From an uncultured virus (IMG/VR IMGVR_UViG_3300022841_000001) (lineage: Duplodnaviria > Heunggongvirae > Uroviricota > Caudoviricetes > Crassvirales), in the IMG/VR virus record IMGVR_UViG_3300022841_000001: 64,000 nucleotides of DNA. One strand, 5' to 3'. The position numbers and the translations under genes are program-made. The notes beneath the pieces are model-generated. The model was given only the letters and a program-made list of their open reading frames with translations. It did not search any database and had not been told where the DNA came from. Positions 54,101-61,642 of this stretch are shown here, piece by piece; within the stretch, counting starts at the first letter, position 1, and every line of letters begins with the position of its first letter.

Positions 54101-55959
54101 CTATTACACAGCCTGAAGGATTTCATTTGTCAGGAAATAATATTGGTTTAGGAGACCAAGACCAAACATCAAGTGTTGATGCTGTAGTTAATTTAAATTT
54201 CCAAGACTGTTTTACTTTTGGTAATGGGGTTGAGAGTTTTAAAATAAAAGATTCATTAGCTGGTAGAGCTATGGTTTTAGGCCAAAGAGTATTAGCTGTA
54301 TCTAATCAAGATTACAAAGAAGCTGATAGGTTTGAGGGTATTACTTATAGTGGAGTTTACAGTAGTAATAGTGGTGTCAATAATCTTAATGAATTTAATT
54401 TAGGATTGGCAAACTTTAAAGACTGCGAAACTATATTTGGCCCAATACAAAAAATGCATGCTCGTGAAACTGATATACTTGTTCTTCAAGAAGATAGAAT
54501 AACTTACGTATTATCAAGTAAAAATTTAATTAGCGACAGTACTGGTGGAGGAGTTATCGCATCTGTTCCTCAAGTACTTGGAACTCAGATAGCTAGAATA
54601 GAAGAATATGGTATTAGTTATAATCCTGAAAGTTTTGCTTCTTGGGGTTCTGATATGTTTTTCACTGATGTAAAAAGAGGTGCTGTTCTAAAGCTTAGAG
54701 GTACTAGTAGAAATAATGATTCGTTAGAAGTTATATCTTCTAATGGAATGAGGTCATATTTTAGAGATCAGTTTCACGAATCAATACAGACTCAGAAGTT
54801 AGGAGGATACGATCCTTATATGAATGAATATGTATTAGGAATGAACTGTACTGAGATACCTTTACCTCCAGAGGTTTCAGCTTGTGGATATACTCTTCAG
54901 AAAAACAATTTATTAAAAGACTCTGTAATAGTATCAACTATAGATTATGGCGCTGTAATTGGTGAGTCTAATATTTCTTATACTATTGCATCAGGTGGAA
55001 GTATAACTATTTCTTCTTTATGGAATGGTATTACTACTACTAGTGGCTTGCTAACAGGTAATGGTGTATTCTCTTTTGATAAAACATTAAACACTCCTAG
55101 AAACGCTGTGGTAACGATTACTGCAATAACAGATTCTTCTTTTAATATAACAGCTGATTGCCCTACGGAAGTTCCTATAGAAGTTATAAAGGTGGTAATG
55201 AATTCTTCAGTAGATGCAAATGATTTTATACACACTGAATATAAATGGAATAATTTAGTTGTAGTTAGTCCTATTGATTCGAGTCTTTCAACTCTTGGAA
55301 GTAATAATAAAATTGCATCTAATTATGTTTCTCAAATAGGAATTAGGTCTTTAGGTGTTTTTCCTTATAGTGGTACAGATATTACTATCAGGTCTAATAA
55401 GATTAATTTTGATGATTATGATTGGGTTGTTAATAGTGATAACTTTAAATACCTATCTAGTGATGTTTTGTTTTCGAATAACGAAGCAGATATAAATACT
55501 TTATTATCAACATCGGTAACAATACCAAACAATGAAGTATCAAATCCTTCAATTGGATTGTATGAGGCTATTGTTCCTGGATTAGATCTACCAATAAATA
55601 ATAAATATTTATATTTGATTTATGATTACAGAGAAACTAGTTGTCAGGAATTTTGTTATGACCCAGTTTCAGCTTCAGCAGCTTGTTGTGAATGTACTAT
55701 TTCGTATACAGCATACCAAAGTAGCTCAATACAACAGAACAATAAAGTTGTTTGTGGTCAGCCTTTAATACAGACTTTCTATCATACAGGAACCGGTTCA
55801 TTACCAGTTATAGGTGACTTTGTTTACTCATCATCAATTGGCCAACCTGGAACAACATTAGCTCTTGGGCTATACCAGATTAGTGGAACGGATTATATAA
55901 CAGTAAATAAATTTGGACTAGTTACAAAGGTAACTACTTGTCCAGTAAATCAAGTTTAA
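51151..55959 (+). CDS. Tail nozzle/stabilisation (muzzle-like) protein with large insertions
   Basis: GRMNKSVDERLLPPGEYIDALN, LFWTDDLNPPRYIN, FAYRYRY, NRLMYGNY, YGISYNPESF, LGGYDPY. Confidence 0.8.
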   Translation: MPIINTNFVAGRMNKSVDERLLPPGEYIDALNVRLGSTETTEIGAVENAKGNSRLTTLSYKGQDLSPAAVCIGAFQDGVRETLYWWVHDDENQAASDGVVDMLVSYNTTSQVINYHVITEALLNFNTDYLITGISLIDGLLFWTDDLNPPRYINILRNYDSPEDDVDKIKEEDISVIVKIPGFEDAVDNVTPLPVPKITLLNVPGGENYIKNRFLCFAYRYRYSDGQYSATSLFSLPAFSAKPFDFDTKNFNNAGMENLYNGVTVEYSTGSKNVVEIDLLFKDTNANTINVIERFIKEDYGWADNTIQSYVFTNSKIYTVLGGDELLRQYDNVPRLAKAQIIQGNRLMYGNYVDGYNFTTGSSEGTRVALDYNTKIVNTPIQSQELPFASFGTGLTYSIDPSDSKSYINNILTFDLSLTNGKLIKGAFIGFIFNIESEGTAVGSGQSDNPAWLANDQFKNANFTLEVNITLDDDYSSTYDFLTSALFQNAIGTILNTNFNPLSTSDQGSSLTDFFNNELSSPSTSFQFSKTNSGVTSSVIQQGFLLSGISPGSDTFNIQIIGMQYQNTDTTPTTTDIYEYFRFVSGEAGFSNTVNTGSLHSNRDYETGIVYSDGFGRSSTVLVSERNTVYVEPGNSDTQNTIQVALSSLAPYWAERYKFVVKPSLANYEVIYTNLYYVRPSDNMVFFKLEGDNVNKVTKGQTLIIKADVSGPLSRLEKAEVLEVQAEARDFLALSSELGEDSNQLAGLYMQMKNQNFDIVIPEDSVIEYGEMVVRSSSNGCTSGRKIAYPCYTQDVVGDSSATTNYTVPAGSSVKVKVRAFRNDTFNGRSCQEILWEWDQQYISSDDYLDLRKWWVGDNINPVIADPGNLSDETTINYIQSLANPSGTPGNDILDTKGVADNVECESFEVTFQWIQGDSQSADDPLYLGVSSGMHGCYRPTQSNRTADLHVELIVQRANTLMVFESEPLDADAELYYDASESFPITQPEGFHLSGNNIGLGDQDQTSSVDAVVNLNFQDCFTFGNGVESFKIKDSLAGRAMVLGQRVLAVSNQDYKEADRFEGITYSGVYSSNSGVNNLNEFNLGLANFKDCETIFGPIQKMHARETDILVLQEDRITYVLSSKNLISDSTGGGVIASVPQVLGTQIARIEEYGISYNPESFASWGSDMFFTDVKRGAVLKLRGTSRNNDSLEVISSNGMRSYFRDQFHESIQTQKLGGYDPYMNEYVLGMNCTEIPLPPEVSACGYTLQKNNLLKDSVIVSTIDYGAVIGESNISYTIASGGSITISSLWNGITTTSGLLTGNGVFSFDKTLNTPRNAVVTITAITDSSFNITADCPTEVPIEVIKVVMNSSVDANDFIHTEYKWNNLVVVSPIDSSLSTLGSNNKIASNYVSQIGIRSLGVFPYSGTDITIRSNKINFDDYDWVVNSDNFKYLSSDVLFSNNEADINTLLSTSVTIPNNEVSNPSIGLYEAIVPGLDLPINNKYLYLIYDYRETSCQEFCYDPVSASAACCECTISYTAYQSSSIQQNNKVVCGQPLIQTFYHTGTGSLPVIGDFVYSSSIGQPGTTLALGLYQISGTDYITVNKFGLVTKVTTCPVNQV

Positions 55960-57456
55960 ATGGGAGTATTAGGAACATATTGTTTTGATGGATTAAATTT
56001 TTCTCAAGCCTCTGCGCTTTTTAGTGACGCATCATTATCGGTTTTAGCTGATGATGGTTATTATTCTCAAGGAGGTATAGTTAGACAGCAATTAAATGGA
56101 GTTTTATTAAAAGCTAACGCTTGTGGATCGTGTTCTATTTCTTGTGGAAATGGAGTTTCTGTAAGTATTAGTCAGAATGGATTCTTTGATATAAATTTTG
56201 ATGTTGGTAATAGTATTGGGGCAGTAGTTGCTTATTTTTATATGGGTACCTCTATTGCTGATGGTGTCATTGCTAACTATGATTCGAATAATTATAATAG
56301 GTTAACCGCAAAAGGAAACGATGGTACTATTTTAATAGACGGATCTGGTGCTAATGTTGATTATGCTGGTATTGGAAATCAAAACACTGGGGATCCTACT
56401 TATGTAGGTAGTAATTCTTCTAATATTATTAGATCTTACACCAACACGAATACTACTCCTGGACAATGTTCTCCTGGAGATGCTCCTGAAAATTACAGTT
56501 ATTCAGGGTCTTCGTATGTTGCTCAGGGAACTTTAAATCCATTAACGGTAACCAACGAAATGTGTGGAAGAGCTTCTAGTGGTAGCCCTGTGTTTACAAT
56601 AGTAATACCTAAGACAAACTTAACTATTAATTCTTTAAACTTAAAAATTTCTGCTCCTGCGTGTGGAACTTTCTTTTCATATGAATTAGATTGTCCTATT
56701 TCTTTACCGTCTTTTAGTTCTTCAAATGCCTCTCTAACAACGGATTGTGATACTACTCAAAACCAGACTTTTTATTTTGTAAGAAATGCTGTAGGAACAG
56801 GTACACCTTTTACCTTAGATACAAATACAATACCTGAAGTTGGTAATTTTGTTTTTATTGATGAAAATGGTGGTACTTATTTAAATGACAACTCTGATAT
56901 ATTGTACTACGTAACTGGAACTACTTCTATTGGTGTTAGAAATGGTGTTGTAATATCTTCACAGCAATGTGAAAACAATTCATCAGACCCAAAAACAATG
57001 GGGCCAACTTCTACTTCTAGAAATGAAGCATGTTCTACTACTACTACACCTAATACAGCTTATTTTTTAAACAATATAGTAGCAGAAGGTGTTACGGTTT
57101 TCTCTGATTCTAATTTGAATACTCCTTTTGTTGGTGATAGTGGATTTTACAAACTGGAGGACGGTAAAGATAAAGCGATACAGATTGATTCATCAGGTGA
57201 AATTATATCTCCAGTGTTTCTTTGTGGTTCATCTCTTTATAAACTAAGTGATTGTAGTTCTAATTTATTTTACACTGTAGCTAATGACTATCCTGCTCAA
57301 TTAGGAGATGTTATGCAATATCAAATTGGAACTCCAGGTTCCGGAGCTGTATACTGTGGTGAAGTTGTAGACTTAAATCAAGGAGGACAAGCAGATGCTA
57401 CTTTAGTAAACGGCCTTAAGTATGATTGTAATGATAGTGTACACTGTGCGCAATAA
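55960..57456 (+). CDS. Cys-rich virion-associated protein
   Basis: Many Cys; repeats shared with the vWA and nozzle proteins. Confidence 0.7.
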   Translation: MGVLGTYCFDGLNFSQASALFSDASLSVLADDGYYSQGGIVRQQLNGVLLKANACGSCSISCGNGVSVSISQNGFFDINFDVGNSIGAVVAYFYMGTSIADGVIANYDSNNYNRLTAKGNDGTILIDGSGANVDYAGIGNQNTGDPTYVGSNSSNIIRSYTNTNTTPGQCSPGDAPENYSYSGSSYVAQGTLNPLTVTNEMCGRASSGSPVFTIVIPKTNLTINSLNLKISAPACGTFFSYELDCPISLPSFSSSNASLTTDCDTTQNQTFYFVRNAVGTGTPFTLDTNTIPEVGNFVFIDENGGTYLNDNSDILYYVTGTTSIGVRNGVVISSQQCENNSSDPKTMGPTSTSRNEACSTTTTPNTAYFLNNIVAEGVTVFSDSNLNTPFVGDSGFYKLEDGKDKAIQIDSSGEIISPVFLCGSSLYKLSDCSSNLFYTVANDYPAQLGDVMQYQIGTPGSGAVYCGEVVDLNQGGQADATLVNGLKYDCNDSVHCAQ

Positions 57457-57476
57457 TAATAATAAATTATAAAAAA

Positions 57477-58295
57477 ATGTCTTTAAATTGTAGTAATAGT
57501 ACAGTAACGTACAGTGAAAGTGCAAAAGGATTTCCTTCTTTTTACAGCTTTATACCAGAGTATATGATTGGTATGAATAGTTTTTTCTATAGCTTTAAAG
57601 AAGGTAACCTGTGGAGACACAATACAAATCCAGTGCGTAACAATTTTTATGGAGAGCAACATAAATCTACAATAACAAGTGTATTTAATCCTCAGCCCAC
57701 ACAAGCAATAAAATTATTTAAAACGTTATCGTATGAATCAACAACAACTGTAGATAATCAGGCAAATGCTGCCTGGAGTTGTACTTATTTAAAAACTGAT
57801 TTAACGGATGGTAATCCTGGATCTATGTTATCAACTTATTTTCAACAAAAAGAAGGGGAGTGGTTTAGCTACATAAGAACAAATGAATCAACGATAAACT
57901 TTAAAGCTAGGTCAGCAAATGGTATAGGAAACTGTACTGCTATTAGTGGTTTATCTGATGATATATTATTAGAATTCAACGTTTCAGTTGGCTCTATTCT
58001 TAGTATTGGTGATTTAGTTTATGCTGCAAATATAGAGAACGGTTCTGTAGTTGGAATTCCTATAGCTGCTGGTATTGTAATTTCAAAAAACTCCAGCAGT
58101 ATTTCTATAAATGCAACTCCTACACAGAACTATACAGTTCCTACTGTTGGTCAGTACATAATGTATATAAAAAATGCTGTTGCAGAGTCTACTGGAGCTA
58201 GAGGTTACTACTTAGAATTTAAGTTAGAAAATAATTCCTCAAATCCAGTTGAATTGTTTTCTGTGGGCAGTAGCGTCATGAAAAGTAATCCATAG
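57477..58295 (+). CDS. Probable C-terminal part of the nozzle/stabilisation protein, encoded separately
   Basis: TVTYSE...GFPSFYSFIPE, NNFYG, KLFKTLSYES, KEGEWF, GARGYY, ELFSV. Confidence 0.7.
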   Translation: MSLNCSNSTVTYSESAKGFPSFYSFIPEYMIGMNSFFYSFKEGNLWRHNTNPVRNNFYGEQHKSTITSVFNPQPTQAIKLFKTLSYESTTTVDNQANAAWSCTYLKTDLTDGNPGSMLSTYFQQKEGEWFSYIRTNESTINFKARSANGIGNCTAISGLSDDILLEFNVSVGSILSIGDLVYAANIENGSVVGIPIAAGIVISKNSSSISINATPTQNYTVPTVGQYIMYIKNAVAESTGARGYYLEFKLENNSSNPVELFSVGSSVMKSNP

Positions 58296-58303
58296 AATTT
58301 CTG

Positions 58304-58311
58304 TATATTTG
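58304..58311 (+). promoter_or_regulatory. Promoter -7 element, probably giving a leaderless mRNA
   Basis: TATATTTG only 4 nt before the ATG at 58316. Confidence 0.55.
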
Positions 58312-58315
58312 TGAT

Positions 58316-58726
58316 ATGGAATTACATATAAGAAGATTAGTTGAATCGGATTACGATAATATTTTGTGTAAATGGTGGAAAGATTGGAGATGGACACCAC
58401 CTTCTAGAGACTTTTTACCTAACGATGGAGTAGGCGGTATTATAGTTTACGATGGAAATACTCCTGTTTGTGCAGGGTATGTTTATATTACCAATTCAAA
58501 AGTAGGTTGGTGTGATTGGATTATATCTAACTTTGAATATAAAGACAAGAGTAATAGAAAAGAAGCTTTAAATGAGCTGATACGTGCTTTAACTGACACA
58601 TTAAAAAAAGGTGGTTGTAAGTATTCTTACGCTCTTATAAAATCCAAATCTCTAATTGGAAATTATGTAAATAACGGCTATGTTGAGGGAGATAGTTACA
58701 ATAAAGAAATGATAAAAATATTATAA
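58316..58726 (+). CDS. GNAT-fold acetyltransferase-like protein
   Basis: IRRLVESDY...PVCAGYVY...WIISN...; position before the ejection genes. Confidence 0.6.
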   Translation: MELHIRRLVESDYDNILCKWWKDWRWTPPSRDFLPNDGVGGIIVYDGNTPVCAGYVYITNSKVGWCDWIISNFEYKDKSNRKEALNELIRALTDTLKKGGCKYSYALIKSKSLIGNYVNNGYVEGDSYNKEMIKIL

Positions 58727-58727
58727 T

Positions 58728-59573
58728 ATGGCGGCAGTAACAGCATCAGTAGTAGGTATAGCAACAGGTCTTGCATCAGCAGGTATGAGTTTTAGTCAAG
58801 CAGCTAAAGCGTCTGATGCTGAATCTAAAGCATTAAAGGCTTCTGAAGAATTAATGGAGGAGGCTAAAAAAGAAGCAGAAGTTAGATACCTAGAAGGATT
58901 AAATGTTCCTTTAGATGGATACGATGAAGAAGCTCGTGCAAACTTACAAGCTCAACAACAAGGGTTACAAGCTCTTCAAGAGGGTGACCCTAGAAATTTA
59001 GCTGCTGGTGTAGGTAGAGTTGGAGCAGCTGCAACTTTAACGAATGAAGGTATTCGTAACGACAAGAATAGAGAGCTATATGATTTAGAAAAAGCTCAAG
59101 TATTAGAACAACAAGCAATAGGGCAAGATTTAAAAGATATGGCTGTTGGTGCTGCTGCTGATCAGCAAATGATTTCTCGTGATGCTGCTGAAAATAAAGC
59201 TGCTGCTCAACAAAGTGCATTTGCAGGTATAGGTCAAGCGGCTAGTTCTGCGGCCAGCTTAGTTCCATTATACGCGAAGTCAAAAACAGATAGAGATATT
59301 AGTGATATTTTAGGAAATACAGATACTGCTAATATGAGAATAATGGGAGATAATCCTAATAGTAATAGTAATTTATTTGAAAAATACACATTAGCAGGTA
59401 ACAATTCAGAGGCGTCTAAATATGCTCCTCAGATTAGTGGCTCTGCAGCTATGAGTAATTCTCAGATTATGCAGGAAATTACAGCAATGGGTTATACTGC
59501 GGAGGAACTACGTGCATTGAAAAAAGCTAAGAGTGGTTTTAATATTAACACGTCAGGAAGATTCTCTAGATAA
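58728..59573 (+). CDS. Internal virion/ejection protein
   Basis: Hydrophobic Ala/Gly N-terminus, Ala/Gln-rich coiled coil. Confidence 0.7.
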   Translation: MAAVTASVVGIATGLASAGMSFSQAAKASDAESKALKASEELMEEAKKEAEVRYLEGLNVPLDGYDEEARANLQAQQQGLQALQEGDPRNLAAGVGRVGAAATLTNEGIRNDKNRELYDLEKAQVLEQQAIGQDLKDMAVGAAADQQMISRDAAENKAAAQQSAFAGIGQAASSAASLVPLYAKSKTDRDISDILGNTDTANMRIMGDNPNSNSNLFEKYTLAGNNSEASKYAPQISGSAAMSNSQIMQEITAMGYTAEELRALKKAKSGFNINTSGRFSR

Positions 59574-59579
59574 AAAATT

Positions 59580-61637
59580 ATGGCAGAAAATAAAAGTACA
59601 CCACAGGCATCAAATAAATATTCTATTTACGCTCAGAGAAATGTAGAAAGCACTCAAGTTGACTGGTCTAAAATAGCCAGTACTTTAACTAAAGGAGCTG
59701 AATCAATCAGAGATGAGAGGCAAGGTCGTAAAGACGCTATAGACGTAGCTACTCAGGATTCAATGGAGCAGCTTAGTAAGGTTGAAGATGTAAATAATCA
59801 AGATGCTGCTAGTTTACTTATTGATGGCTCAAGTATGTCTACTGAGTCTCTCAGAGTTCAATCAAATATGCTGAAACGTGGTTTAATAAAGCCAAAAGAT
59901 TTTAAGCTTTTTATGCAACAACAAAAAAATGGGTATTCAAATTTAAACACAGCTGTAAAGGGCTGGGATAAATGGGCTACACAAGCAACTGAAAGGTTGG
60001 CTATTGCAAAAGCTACAAGTTCACCTATAGCAAGTGAGTTAGAGATTGAATTAAACAAACAGCTAGAAGGTTTAGGTAACTTAAAGAATAAAAAACTATG
60101 GACTAATCCTGTAAATGGCCAAATGCAGTTGGTTACTATGGGTAAGAATAAGGATGGCATCTATAATGTTATGCCTGATTACAATACTGAAAAAGAAAAG
60201 TTTCAGAATCCAAACACTATGAATAACTTGATGAAGTTTAAGTTAGATAGGTTTGATATGAAGTCTGCGACAAAAAGAATTACAGACCAAACTGCTACAA
60301 TTATAACTGCATACGAAGGTAATTATAATGTTTTATCAGGTGGTGGAGCGATATATTCAAAAGAAAGTTTTAGACAGTTAGGTAAATTTGGAAAAGATTC
60401 AAATGGCAAAAAGCTAACATTTAAAGACTGGAAAGAAAACGAGATTGATGCTGTTGTTGGTAGCTCTTCAGAGACTAATAATTCTAATGCCGGTCAAGTG
60501 CTTGCTGGTAGAGGTTACAAATATGCTAGAACTAAAAAACAATTTAAGTCTCAGTATCCAAATCTTGATGAAAAATTCTTTATTCCTTACGAAACAATTT
60601 CAGGAAGACCAGAAATTACATTAACTTCTGCTCAACAAAAAGAGGCTAGAAATTTTGTAAACAATCAAATTGAAGCTGGTATCGATGATAAATTAACAAT
60701 ATCTTCTGCTAAGGCTGGTCAACAAAAAAGACAAGACACAACAAACACCACTGATATAAATGATGCGAAAAACAGAAGGGTTGCATATGCTGGTGATTTA
60801 AATAACCTTATGTCTGGGGACTCAGGAAAAGCTTCTGCTGTTGGTGAGGATAGAATAGTAGACATGAACAAAAGATTCAAAGAGTCTAAAAGTCAGTCAA
60901 CTAAAGAGATACAAAAAATATCAAGAAACGCTGACGAGTTTGTTATCAAACAAAAAGAGAAAGGAAAAGATATATCTGTTAAAATACAGAGGTATGAAAA
61001 GGATGGTAAAGGTGGGTATGATTCTTCTAGACCAAGACCAGCAAAAGAAATAGCGAGAGAGCTTTACAGGCAAATACTTCCTGCTGATGCTACTGATATG
61101 TCATTTGATCAATTTTATCAAGATGCCATAGATGATGGGTTTAGTTTTACTCCAAGAATGATTGATAATGGTAGTGGTACTATGGTTCCTAACCCTGATT
61201 ACAAAGGTGATGAAACTACTTCTACTACTGAAAACATAAGACCAATTGAATTATATTCTTCAGGGAGTGATTATACTGATTTAAACTTCACGAAAACATT
61301 AGCTGATGAGTACGCTTTAATACCTAAAGGTAGAGATAATTTTGAAGCGGCTACTCCTGTTGTAATGAAATCAGTTGAAAGAGGTTTATCTGCAATACCT
61401 GGAGCTAGAGGTATCACAGTGACCAGTAACGATGTAAGATTTGATAGTACTAACGAGATTATTGTAAACTTCAATAACCCAGTTACTGGGAAGCCTGATA
61501 AAAAAGTTTTTAAATTTAATGAAGACACAACTAAACTTCAAGGAGATGTTGATGTTTTTATTAATGAGCAAATACAATTGTACAACGATTCAATAGGAAG
61601 TGATATAAAAGGAAACGCATCAAGATTTAATAAATAA
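59580..61637 (+). CDS. Internal virion/ejection protein
   Basis: 685 aa, helical, between the small and giant ejection genes. Confidence 0.65.
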   Translation: MAENKSTPQASNKYSIYAQRNVESTQVDWSKIASTLTKGAESIRDERQGRKDAIDVATQDSMEQLSKVEDVNNQDAASLLIDGSSMSTESLRVQSNMLKRGLIKPKDFKLFMQQQKNGYSNLNTAVKGWDKWATQATERLAIAKATSSPIASELEIELNKQLEGLGNLKNKKLWTNPVNGQMQLVTMGKNKDGIYNVMPDYNTEKEKFQNPNTMNNLMKFKLDRFDMKSATKRITDQTATIITAYEGNYNVLSGGGAIYSKESFRQLGKFGKDSNGKKLTFKDWKENEIDAVVGSSSETNNSNAGQVLAGRGYKYARTKKQFKSQYPNLDEKFFIPYETISGRPEITLTSAQQKEARNFVNNQIEAGIDDKLTISSAKAGQQKRQDTTNTTDINDAKNRRVAYAGDLNNLMSGDSGKASAVGEDRIVDMNKRFKESKSQSTKEIQKISRNADEFVIKQKEKGKDISVKIQRYEKDGKGGYDSSRPRPAKEIARELYRQILPADATDMSFDQFYQDAIDDGFSFTPRMIDNGSGTMVPNPDYKGDETTSTTENIRPIELYSSGSDYTDLNFTKTLADEYALIPKGRDNFEAATPVVMKSVERGLSAIPGARGITVTSNDVRFDSTNEIIVNFNNPVTGKPDKKVFKFNEDTTKLQGDVDVFINEQIQLYNDSIGSDIKGNASRFNK

Positions 61638-61642
61638 GAACA

